The notes beneath the pieces were generated by a model, which saw nothing but the letters and a program-made list of their open reading frames with translations, was not told the origin of the DNA and did no database searches. The translations under genes were made by a program, and so were the position numbers. From assembly GCA_026982475.1 (NCBI GenBank), contig JALSHB010000126.1:1-62442 (forward strand): a stretch of DNA of 62,442 nucleotides, written 5' to 3'. The first letter of the stretch is position 1. Each line of letters starts with the position of its first letter. Positions 1 to 8,351 of this stretch are shown one piece after another. The stretch is from Chromatiales bacterium. GTDB lineage: Bacteria; Pseudomonadota; Gammaproteobacteria; SZUA-152.

Positions 1-803
1 ACCGCCGGCGCCAGTTCCTTGAGCGTCGCCGGCGAGAAGTCGGGCATGGTCAGCGGCGGCAGCGAGGCCGGCAGCGCCCCAACGGTCTTCATGTGGGTGA
101 CGTTGCTGCCGTAGATGGCGTCCAGCAGCACGCCCACCAGGCTGCCCACCAGCATGGCGACGATCATGTACGGGACCTTCGGCGCATAGCGCTTGACGAG
201 GATGCCCGAGGCCAGGGTGGCGATGCCGACGATGGTGACATAGGGATTGATCTGCTCCAGCTGGCCGCCGAAATCCAGCAGGATTTCATGGAAGTGCAGG
301 CCACGCGGGATCTCCACGCCGAAGAAGTGCTTGATCTGGTTGCTGGCGATGAGGATCGCCGCACCGGCGGTGAAGCCGATGATCACCGAGTGGGAGATGA
401 AGTTGACCAGGGTGCCGAGGCGCGCCCAGCCCATGGCGATCTGCGTCACACCCACCATGAAGGTAAGGGTGATGGCCAGCGCCACGTACTGTTCCGTGGT
501 GGGCTCGGCGAAGGCGCTGAGGGAGGCGAACAACACCAGCGAGGCGGCGGTGGTGGGGCCGGACACCAGGTGCCACGAGGAACCGAAAAGTGCCGCGATC
601 ACCGCCGGCACCATGGCGGTGTAGAGGCCGTATTCCGGCGGCATGCCGGCGATCACGGCGAAGGCCACGCCCTGCGGCAGCACCACGATGGCGCCGGTGA
701 GCCCGGCCAGGGTGTCCGCCTTGAGGGTGTCGCGGTTGACCATCGGCCACCAGCGAATAAAGGGAAACAGGCGGATCAACCACAGGGGGCAGATGTTTTG
801 CAC
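1..803 (-). CDS. SulP/SLC26-family anion permease, N-terminal part (3' end runs off the left edge)
   Basis: Not in the ORF track because there is no stop in the window. Own translation of the minus strand from GTG (803-801, GAGGAG 6 nt upstream) gives VQNICPLWLIRLFPFIRWWPMVNRDTLKADTLAGLTGAIVVLPQGVAFAVIAGMPPEYGLYTAMVPAVIAALFGSSWHLVSGPTTA..., the conserved SulP N-terminal core. Confidence 0.85.
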   Translation of the reverse strand, partial: MQNICPLWLIRLFPFIRWWPMVNRDTLKADTLAGLTGAIVVLPQGVAFAVIAGMPPEYGLYTAMVPAVIAALFGSSWHLVSGPTTAASLVLFASLSAFAEPTTEQYVALAITLTFMVGVTQIAMGWARLGTLVNFISHSVIIGFTAGAAILIASNQIKHFFGVEIPRGLHFHEILLDFGGQLEQINPYVTIVGIATLASGILVKRYAPKVPYMIVAMLVGSLVGVLLDAIYGSNVTHMKTVGALPASLPPLTMPDFSPATLKELAPA

Positions 804-851
804 GATTGACTCCTCGGTAGTTCTTGCGCCGATGCCCGCCGGGCGCGGCGA

Positions 852-2261
852 TCAGAACAGTTCGGCGTTGAACCACATGTGGGTGCCGATGCTGGCGGCA
901 TAGCCCAGGGCGATCACCGGCGTCCACTTCAGGTGGCCGAAAAAGGTGTACTTGCCGCGCGCCTGGCCCATCAGCGCCACCCCGGCGGCGGAACCGATGG
1001 ACAGCAGGCTGCCGCCGACGCCGGCGGTGAGGGTTACCAGCAGCCACTGGCCGGTGGACATGTCCGGCTGCATGGTGAGCACGGCGAACATCACCGGGAT
1101 GTTGTCGACGATGGCCGACAGCACGCCCACGGCGACATTGGCGGCGGTGGCGCCCCACTGGGTGTACATGACTTCCGAGGCCAGCCCCAGATAGCCGATG
1201 AAGCCCAGGCCGCCGACGCACAGCACCACGCCGTAAAAAAACAACAGGGTATCCCACTCGGCGCGCGCCACCTTGTTGAAGACATCGAAGGGCACCACCT
1301 CGCCCATGCGGCCGTTGTTGCCGACGCTGTCGTCGTAGCGCGCCGTCTTCTTCAGGTAGTAGCCAAAGAACTGCAGATAGCTGAGACCGGTGAGCATGCC
1401 GATCACCGGCGGCAGATGAAGGAAGTTGTGGAAGGCGACGGCGGTGGCAATGGTGAGCAGGAACAGGCCGATGATGCGCCGCGCGCCGCGCTTCATGGGC
1501 ACGGCTTCATCGCTGGCGGAAGGCTGCTCGGCGGGAATGGCGAAGTGCATGATCGCCGCCGGCACCACGAAGTTGACCACCGAGGGCACGAACAGGGCGA
1601 AGAAGCCCCAGAAATCCACCACGCCCTTCTGCCACACCATCAAGGTGGTGATGTCGCCGAAGGGGCTGAAGGCGCCGCCGGCATTGGCCGCCACCACGAT
1701 GTTGATGCAGGCGACGCCGATGAAGCGGGTATTGTCGCCGCCCACCGCCAGCACCACGGCGCACATCAGCAGGGCGGTGGTGAGGTTGTCCGCCACCGGC
1801 GAGATGAAAAAGGCGAGGATGCCGGTGAGCCAGAACAACTGGCGCAGGCTGAAGCCCTTGCGGATCAGCCAGGAACGCAGGGCGTCGAACACCCGCCGTT
1901 CCTCCATGGCGTTGATGTAGGTCATCGCCACCAGCAGGAACAGCATCAGCTCGGCGTATTCGAGCAGATTGTGGCGCACTGCCGCCTCGGCCTCGTGAGT
2001 CATGCCGTTGTTGACGTAGACCACGGCGATCATCGCCCAGATGATGCCGGCGGCGAGGATCACCGGTTTGGACTTGCGCAGCTGGGTGAATTCTTCCGCC
2101 ATCACCAGGGCATAGGCCACGGCGAAAATGCCAAGGGCGGCATATCCCACGCCGTGCCGGGTCAGATCCAGCAGCTCCATGTCGCTGCTCGTCGCCCAGG
2201 CGAAAGCCGGCAGGCAAAACACAAGCACGGCCAACAGGGTGGAAGCGAGGATTCTGTTCAA
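852..2261 (-). CDS. nhaD: NhaD-type Na+/H+ antiporter
   Basis: 469-aa polytopic membrane ORF with a TTG start and AAGGAAG 6 nt upstream. Signal-like N-terminus. The overall sequence resembles NhaD/ArsB-superfamily antiporters. Confidence 0.75.
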   Translation of the reverse strand: MNRILASTLLAVLVFCLPAFAWATSSDMELLDLTRHGVGYAALGIFAVAYALVMAEEFTQLRKSKPVILAAGIIWAMIAVVYVNNGMTHEAEAAVRHNLLEYAELMLFLLVAMTYINAMEERRVFDALRSWLIRKGFSLRQLFWLTGILAFFISPVADNLTTALLMCAVVLAVGGDNTRFIGVACINIVVAANAGGAFSPFGDITTLMVWQKGVVDFWGFFALFVPSVVNFVVPAAIMHFAIPAEQPSASDEAVPMKRGARRIIGLFLLTIATAVAFHNFLHLPPVIGMLTGLSYLQFFGYYLKKTARYDDSVGNNGRMGEVVPFDVFNKVARAEWDTLLFFYGVVLCVGGLGFIGYLGLASEVMYTQWGATAANVAVGVLSAIVDNIPVMFAVLTMQPDMSTGQWLLVTLTAGVGGSLLSIGSAAGVALMGQARGKYTFFGHLKWTPVIALGYAASIGTHMWFNAELF

Positions 2262-2332
2262 GGCAAACTTCCTTAGCCGGTTGACGTGGCCGCTGTGGGA
2301 AAACCAGCATTGTACGCCAGATCAACTCCCCT

Positions 2333-4294
2333 CTAAAAAATCAGGTTCATCATCAGCAGCATGACCACCAGGAACAAGACGGTCATGATGCCGCCCGCTT
2401 TCATGAAGTCCGACACGCTGTAACCCGCGGGCCCCATGATCAGGGCATTCACCTGATGCGTGGGAATGAGAAAGGAATTGGAGGTGGCAATGGCAACCGT
2501 GAGCGCAAATACCGCGGGATCACCGCCGGCGCCAATGGCGATATTGACCGCCAGCGGCACCAGCAGCACGGTGGCCCCGACGTTGGACATCACCAGGGTA
2601 AAGAAGGTGGCCAGCAAGGCCACGGCGGCCTGAATCACCCACAGGGGCATCTCTCCCACCACCGACAGGGTCTGTTCGGCAATCCACTTGGCGGTACCGC
2701 TGGTCTCTACCGCCAGGCCCAGCGGAATCAGACTGGCGAGCAGGAACACGGTCTTCCACGACACGGCACGATAGGCCTCGTCGATCTTGATAACCCCGGA
2801 AAGAATCATGCCCAGGGCGCCCGTCAGCAGGGCCACGGACAAGCGCAGGTCGGAGAACAAGACCAAGGCCAGGGCAATGCCAAAGAAAAACAGCGCCGCG
2901 CCCACCTTGTGCGGACGCGTTTCCTCGTGTGGATATTCTGTGGTGACCACCACGAAGTCGCGATTCTTCTCCAGGCGAGCCAGGGCGTCCCAGGTAGTAT
3001 GCACCACCAGGGTGTCGCCCGCCTGCAGTGGAAGATCACGGATGCCCTCTCCCTCGCGCAGGGTCTTGCCTCCGCGGTGCAGGGCGACCATGGCGATACC
3101 GTAGGTCTTGCGCATCCACACATCGCGGGCGGACTTGCCGATGAGGCTGGAACCAGGTGGAATCACCACCTCTGCGATGCCAGCCCGGCTGGCCGAAAGG
3201 GCCTCCGCAAAGGTCTCGAGATCCGGGCGCAGTTCCAGGCCAAACTTGTCGACAAAGGCCTTGAGATTTTCCGGCGAGGCAAGAATACCAAGGATACTGC
3301 CGGCCTCGATGCCGACATCACGCGCCAGGCCGCCGGGGCCGATGCGCATGTCATCCGCGCCCCGCTGGGCGGCAATGACGCGGATCTTCCAGGCATGCTC
3401 CACGTCATCGAGCATGTGCCCGACCAGCTCACTCTCCGCTGGCACACGCACCTCGAAGAGGGCGTAGTCCAGGCCATAGGTACCCTGAAAATAATTCATC
3501 GCAGAGGCACCCGTGGCGGCATCCTCCTTCACCGCCGTCGCCGGCAGCACGAAGCGCCCGGCGACGACAAAATAAAGAATCCCCGCGATCACCAGCGCCA
3601 GCCCGATGGGCGTTACCGAAAACAGCGACCAGGCCTCCATCTGATGTGCCTGGGGCAGGCCCTGATTGGACGTCAGGATCAGGTCATTGAGCAGGATCAA
3701 GGGGCTGGAACCCACCATGGTCACGGTGCCGCCGAGGATGGCGCAAAAGCCCATGGGCATCAGCAAGCGCGACATGGGCAGGCCGGAGCGGGCCGAAATA
3801 CGACTTACCACCGGCAGAAACAAGGCAGCGGCACCCACGTTTTGCATAAACGAAGAGATGAACGCCACGGTGCTGGAAATGATCGGGATAATGCGCGCTT
3901 CGGTGGTACCGCCAACCTTGAGAATAAAGGACGCCACCCTGGTCATCAGACCGGTCTTGTCGAGACCCGCACCAATGATCATCACCGCGATGATGGACAT
4001 CACCGCATTGGAGGAAAAACCATCGAACAAGTGCTGATTGTCCACCAGCCCCTGCTCCAGGCCGAGAAGCGGGGCCAGCAAGCTGGTCAGTCCCAGTAGC
4101 ACCATGATGGACACCGCCGCCACGTCAACACTGACGATCTCGAAGGCAAACAGGTAGATGGTCAGCAACAGTATGGCGGTAACCCAGGCCACCTCGATGG
4201 TGGGGACGATGCTGGCCAGATACACGCCAAAAAGGGCAAATAGCGCCGCAGCAACGCCACGCTTGGTCACGCTGTTTTTATTCTCGTCGCTCAA
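2333..4294 (-). CDS. SLC13/DASS-family permease with two central TrkA-C (RCK_C) domains
   Basis: The ORF track gives 2333..4354. I prefer the TTG at 4294 (GGGAGGGAAGG just upstream, in frame). TM-rich N- and C-terminal halves flank a soluble duplicated segment (IRVIAAQRG.. / GIAMVALHRGG..) typical of TrkA-C. Confidence 0.8.
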   Translation of the reverse strand: MSDENKNSVTKRGVAAALFALFGVYLASIVPTIEVAWVTAILLLTIYLFAFEIVSVDVAAVSIMVLLGLTSLLAPLLGLEQGLVDNQHLFDGFSSNAVMSIIAVMIIGAGLDKTGLMTRVASFILKVGGTTEARIIPIISSTVAFISSFMQNVGAAALFLPVVSRISARSGLPMSRLLMPMGFCAILGGTVTMVGSSPLILLNDLILTSNQGLPQAHQMEAWSLFSVTPIGLALVIAGILYFVVAGRFVLPATAVKEDAATGASAMNYFQGTYGLDYALFEVRVPAESELVGHMLDDVEHAWKIRVIAAQRGADDMRIGPGGLARDVGIEAGSILGILASPENLKAFVDKFGLELRPDLETFAEALSASRAGIAEVVIPPGSSLIGKSARDVWMRKTYGIAMVALHRGGKTLREGEGIRDLPLQAGDTLVVHTTWDALARLEKNRDFVVVTTEYPHEETRPHKVGAALFFFGIALALVLFSDLRLSVALLTGALGMILSGVIKIDEAYRAVSWKTVFLLASLIPLGLAVETSGTAKWIAEQTLSVVGEMPLWVIQAAVALLATFFTLVMSNVGATVLLVPLAVNIAIGAGGDPAVFALTVAIATSNSFLIPTHQVNALIMGPAGYSVSDFMKAGGIMTVLFLVVMLLMMNLIF

Positions 4295-4458
4295 GGACCT
4301 TCCCTCCCCTTTTGGTGGCTGGAGCGCGGCGCGGTTTCTGGGTCCGCAGGGCATTCAACTAAATAATAATACACTAATTAACAAGGTCACCAAATCAGGT
4401 CGGCTTATGGGCAGAACAGGATTTCTTGGGCGGCAGGCGGCGACGCCCAAGCGTGGTG

Positions 4459-5202
4459 TCAGGATAGACGCTGGAACAGCAGATCCCACACCCCGTGTCC
4501 CAGACGCTGGCCGCGCTGCTCGAACTTGGTCAGCGGCCGCCAATCGGGACGGGGTGAGTATTCACCCTCGCCGGCGAGGTTGCGGTAGGCGGGGGCGGCC
4601 TGCATCACCGCCAGCATCTGATCGGCGTAGTCGGCCCAGTCGGTGGCCAGGTGGAACACGCCGCCGGGCTTGAGCCTGCGGGCCACCAGGGCGGCGAACC
4701 CGGGGGTGACGATGCGCCGCTTGTGGTGACGCTTCTTGTGCCAGGGATCGGGAAAGAAGAGCTGCACGCGATCCAGGCTGGCGTCCGGGAGATGGTATCC
4801 GAGGATCTGCACGGCGTCGTCGCAGATCACCCGCACGTTCTCAATCCCCTGCTCGCCGAGCAGGCGCAGCAGGGTGCCGACACCGGGGCGATGCACCTCG
4901 ATGCCGAGGTAGTCGTTGCCGGGGAAGGCCGCGGCCATCTCCGCCAGCGAGTGGCCCATGCCGAAACCGATCTCCAGCACCCGGTCGCCGGGGGTGGCGC
5001 GGCCGAACAGGGCGTCCAGGTCCAGCGGTGTGGGATTCAGCGCGCGGCGTTCCGGTTCCAGCATCTCCACGCCCGGCGTGTCCACGCCGAAGCGCGGCCA
5101 CAGCTCGTCCAGGGCGCGCTGCTGGCCGCGCGTCAGGCGGCCCTCGCGGCGCACGAAGCTGCGAATGGGGCGGTGGTGTGGCTTATCGAGCATGGAAGTC
5201 AC
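4459..5202 (-). CDS. trmB: tRNA (guanine46-N7)-methyltransferase
   Basis: 247 aa. Contains VLEIGFGMG (SAM motif) and [15 protein letters not shown], both hallmark TrmB motifs. GTG start at 5202, or ATG at 5193. Confidence 0.9.
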   Translation of the reverse strand: MTSMLDKPHHRPIRSFVRREGRLTRGQQRALDELWPRFGVDTPGVEMLEPERRALNPTPLDLDALFGRATPGDRVLEIGFGMGHSLAEMAAAFPGNDYLGIEVHRPGVGTLLRLLGEQGIENVRVICDDAVQILGYHLPDASLDRVQLFFPDPWHKKRHHKRRIVTPGFAALVARRLKPGGVFHLATDWADYADQMLAVMQAAPAYRNLAGEGEYSPRPDWRPLTKFEQRGQRLGHGVWDLLFQRLS

Positions 5203-5369
5203 GGGATTTCAACGCAAAGGCGCGAAGGCGCAAAGAACGCAAAGCTACTGTCAACAGACTTCCACAAAGCCTGGAGATGGGAGGCCTGACGACTCTCCCC
5301 GGTTCCGGTCTTCAAATCCTTCTTTGCGACCTTTGCGCCTTCGCGCCTTTGCGTTGGGTTTTCAGAAAC

Positions 5370-6170
5370 TCAGAAAAAGGTGCCGTCCACGGGCGACGAG
5401 GCGGAGGCATAGCGCTTGCGCGGAATGCGCCCGGCGAGGAAGGCCTCGCGGCCGGCCTCGATGGCCTTTTTCATCGCCGAGGCCATCAGCACCGGATCCC
5501 CGGCGCCGGCGATGGCGGTGTTCATAAGCACGCCGTCACAGCCCAGCTCCATGGCGATGGCGGCATCGGAGGCGGTACCAACGCCGGCGTCGACGAGGAT
5601 CGGCACCGTGGCGTTCTCGACGATGGTCAGCAGGTTGTACTTGTTCTGGATGCCGAGGCCGGAGCCGATGGGCGCGGCCAGGGGCATCACCGCGCAGCAG
5701 CCGATCTCTTCCAGGCGCTTGGCAATGATGGGGTCGTCCGAGGTGTAGACCATCACGTCGAAGCCGTCCTTCACCAGGGTCTCGGCGGCCGCCAGGGTGG
5801 CGGTGACATCCGGGTAGAGGGTCTTTTCGTCGCCAAGGACCTCCAGTTTCACCAGCTTGTGGCCGTCCAGCAGCTCACGGGCCAGGCGGCAGGTACGCAC
5901 CGCATCCTCGGCGGTGTAACAGCCGGCGGTGTTGGGCAGAATGGTGTACTGGCTGGGCGGCACCACGTCGAGCAGGTTGGGTTCATCGGGGTTCTGGCCG
6001 ATGTTGGTGCGGCGGATGGCCACGGTGATGATCTCGGCGCCGCTGGCCTCGGTGGCGCGGCGGGTCTCTTCGAGGTCCTTGTACTTGCCGCTGCCCACCA
6101 GCAGGCGGGAATGATAGGTCTTGCCGGCGATGGTGAAGCCATCGTCGCGGGGGGATGTGTTGTCTGACAT
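5370..6170 (-). CDS. thiG: thiazole synthase
   Basis: 266 aa. Contains [28 protein letters not shown] and [11 protein letters not shown], characteristic of ThiG. Confidence 0.95.
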   Translation of the reverse strand: MSDNTSPRDDGFTIAGKTYHSRLLVGSGKYKDLEETRRATEASGAEIITVAIRRTNIGQNPDEPNLLDVVPPSQYTILPNTAGCYTAEDAVRTCRLARELLDGHKLVKLEVLGDEKTLYPDVTATLAAAETLVKDGFDVMVYTSDDPIIAKRLEEIGCCAVMPLAAPIGSGLGIQNKYNLLTIVENATVPILVDAGVGTASDAAIAMELGCDGVLMNTAIAGAGDPVLMASAMKKAIEAGREAFLAGRIPRKRYASASSPVDGTFF

Positions 6171-6257
6171 AGCGTGCTTACCGATACTGGCGGCGCCGGG
6201 CGCCGGGAAAAGTGGCGACCATTATAGCCGCCGGGGAGGAATTGCGCAGGTCCGCGC

Positions 6258-6458
6258 TCAGCCGCCACCGATGGCGTGGACGATCTCCACCTGGTCACCG
6301 TCGTGCAGGACATGGGCGGCGTATTCGCTGCGCGGCACGATCTCGCGGTTGACCTCCATGGCCAGGCGCCGGCCGCTCAGGCCCATGTCGCTGACCAGCT
6401 GTTGCGCGGTACAGCCTTCGGGAAGTTCACGGGGCTCGCCATTCAATTGAATTTTCAT
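6258..6458 (-). CDS. thiS: sulfur-carrier protein ThiS
   Basis: 66 aa. Starts MKIQLNGEP and ends in the C-terminal GG. Lies directly upstream of thiG. Confidence 0.85.
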   Translation of the reverse strand: MKIQLNGEPRELPEGCTAQQLVSDMGLSGRRLAMEVNREIVPRSEYAAHVLHDGDQVEIVHAIGGG

Positions 6459-6676
6459 GCCGCGGAAGCCTACCCAGCGGGCCCGGGCGGGTCAATGGGG
6501 CGTCTCACGGCCCGAACTGCCAGCATGCCAAAAGTGACACGTTTTGCTGGCATTGTCCTGAACCGGATGTTTATAATCCCCCGCTGCGGATTAAGGGCAT
6601 AAACTCTACCCCTGCAACCAGTCAGCGAGGCTGCCACACCGTACAGTGTACAAATCCCATCCAGAGCGCACACGCC

Positions 6677-7447
6677 ATGAAGGCCAATATTCTTTTCCAA
6701 AACGATGAACACATGGTACTCACCTTCACCGACCTGGTGAAAGGCGAGGGTATCCAGTCCAATCAGATGGCCATCATCCAGGAAGGGCACTCCGCCATCT
6801 TCGACCCTGGTGGCGACCTGACCTACATGCCGCTGTCCATGGCCATCACCAAGTACGTCAAGGTGAAGGACATCGAATACATCATCGCCACCCACCAGGA
6901 TCCGGACATCATTTCCTCCCTGGACAAATGGCTGATGTACAGCGACGCCAAGATCGTCATCTCCACCCTGTGGGAACGCTTCGTGCCCCATCTGGTGCCT
7001 GGCTACATGAAGGAAAAGGCCGAGGGACGCCTGGTGGCCATTCCGGACCAGGGCATGGACATCCCGCTGGCCCGCTCGGTGATCAAGGCCATACCGGCGC
7101 ACTTCCTGCACTCGGTGGGCAATTTCCAGTTCTATGACCCCATCAGCAAGATCCTTTTTTCCGGTGACGTGGGCGCCTCGCTGGTCGACGCCGCGCCGGA
7201 ACGCCCGGTACGCGACTTCGACAAGCACGTCCGCAAGATGCTGGGCTTTCACCAGCGCTACATGGTGTCCAACAAGGTCTGCCGCCTGTGGGTCAACATG
7301 GTGCGCGAAATGGATATCGAAATCATCGTGCCGCAGCACGGCCGGCCCTTCGTCGGCAAGGAAATGGTCGGCAGGTTCCTCGACTGGTTCGAAACCCTCG
7401 AGTGCGGCATCGACCTGCTGACCCAGAAGAACTACACCGCCCCATGA
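6677..7447 (+). CDS. stand-alone metallo-beta-lactamase-fold protein with a flavodiiron/ODP-like di-iron ligand pattern
   Basis: 256 aa. H73-Q-D75-P-D77, AHFLH (142-146), FSGD (161-164) and PQHG (219-222) are spaced as in the di-iron MBL domain of flavodiiron proteins. There is no flavodoxin domain. Confidence 0.6.
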   Translation: MKANILFQNDEHMVLTFTDLVKGEGIQSNQMAIIQEGHSAIFDPGGDLTYMPLSMAITKYVKVKDIEYIIATHQDPDIISSLDKWLMYSDAKIVISTLWERFVPHLVPGYMKEKAEGRLVAIPDQGMDIPLARSVIKAIPAHFLHSVGNFQFYDPISKILFSGDVGASLVDAAPERPVRDFDKHVRKMLGFHQRYMVSNKVCRLWVNMVREMDIEIIVPQHGRPFVGKEMVGRFLDWFETLECGIDLLTQKNYTAP

Positions 7448-7654
7448 GATGCACGCACATGCGGCCTGCTGGGCGATCCAGCCCCGTTCGGACGTCGGCT
7501 TTTTCAGCGAAGACAGCCGCCGTTTTGAGCCGCATTCATCCTGCGCTCACCTTGGGTTCAGGCTGCGTTCATACTACGTTCATCTTTGGGGCGGTTAACT
7601 AGCGCCACTGATTCAAGCCTTGGCAGGCCGATTCAAGTCCATAACTTGAAATGC

Positions 7655-7760
7655 CGAATCAACGCCGTGGGTGAAGCATCGTTATCCACGACGACCCGGT
7701 CTTCAAATACCAGGACTTTATCCGCAACGGCAGACATGGCTGTCTGCAGAAGATTTTTTT
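7655..7760 (+). ncRNA. candidate small RNA or leader element (speculative)
   Basis: Sigma70-like TTGGCA (7620-7625), 16-nt spacer, TAACTT (7642-7647), then about 100 nt ending at the hairpin+T7 at 7730-7760. Low-GC region with no convincing ORF. Confidence 0.2.
7730..7760 (+). terminator. intrinsic-terminator-like hairpin + T7 inside the 7448-7844 spacer
   Basis: gcagaca-tggc-tgtctgc stem-loop (7730-7747) followed by agaaga and ttttttt (7754-7760). Confidence 0.5.
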
Positions 7761-7789
7761 GGCCGGGTTCTGGAAAGGCCAAAAATTTA

Positions 7790-7811
7790 GTCTACGCTAT
7801 TGTGCGTAGAC
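7790..7811. promoter_or_regulatory. perfect 8-bp inverted repeat just upstream of the cytochrome c5 RBS
   Basis: gtctacgc-tattgt-gcgtagac. It ends about 20 nt before the AGGAGG of the 7845 gene. Confidence 0.35.
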
Positions 7812-7844
7812 CAATAACCAACCATTTCACCTAGGAGGAATACC

Positions 7845-8177
7845 ATGCCCCTTAAAACGACCGCAAAGACCCTCGCCCTGGCTGCTGCCCTGGTTGCTCT
7901 TCCCATGACTGCCAGCACCGCCTTTGCCAGCACCGGCGAAGATGTCTACAAGAAGACCTGCAAGATGTGTCATGACCGCGGCATGGCCAACGCCCCCAAG
8001 ACCGGTGACGTAGCCGAGTGGCAGAAGCGCCTGGCCAAGGGCATGGACGTCATGTACAAGCACGCCATCGAAGGCTTCAAGGACAAGGGCATGATGCCGC
8101 CGAAGGGTGGCAACTCCAAGCTCACTGACGACGAAGTCAAGGCAGCTGTCGACTACATGATTGAAAAATCCAAGTAA
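7845..8177 (+). CDS. periplasmic class I c-type cytochrome (cytochrome c5 family)
   Basis: 110 aa. Signal peptide, single CKMCH haem motif, GMMPPKG Met-ligand motif, and a strong AGGAGG RBS. Confidence 0.85.
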   Translation: MPLKTTAKTLALAAALVALPMTASTAFASTGEDVYKKTCKMCHDRGMANAPKTGDVAEWQKRLAKGMDVMYKHAIEGFKDKGMMPPKGGNSKLTDDEVKAAVDYMIEKSK

Positions 8178-8210
8178 TCTCACCCGGGATTGCTGTCACA
8201 GACAGCCTGA

Positions 8211-8240
8211 AAAAAGCGGCCCTCGGGCCGCTTTTTTTTG
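8211..8240 (+). terminator. Rho-independent terminator after cytochrome c5
   Basis: aaaaa-gcggcc-ctcg-ggccgc-tttttttt. A-tract and T-tract flank it, so it could act in both directions. Confidence 0.8.
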
Positions 8241-8351
8241 CCGCTGCTCCGTCCTTGTCGCCTTGCTGCAAACAAGTGACAGACAACGGTAAAATCGTTC
8301 CTCGCCAACGGTGCTATCATTCCCGTATATCCACTGCGCAGGGACTCCACC

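Noticed and set aside
6459-6676. Possible TPP (THI-box) riboswitch upstream of thiS on the minus strand. The segment ccggttcaggacaatgccagc resembles CCUGAUCUGGAUAAUGCCAGC.
   Set aside because: The required upstream GGGG...CUGAGA element is not in the right order: a GTGAGA lies downstream rather than upstream. The P5-like stem (CAGG/CCAG) does not pair. An Infernal scan would settle it.
7588-7660. tmRNA/SRP/6S-like RNA (the segment starts ggggcgg..., with caagcc/caagtcc repeats).
   Set aside because: I found no tag-peptide reading frame, no tRNA-like acceptor/T-arm, and none of the conserved SRP or 6S motifs I know.
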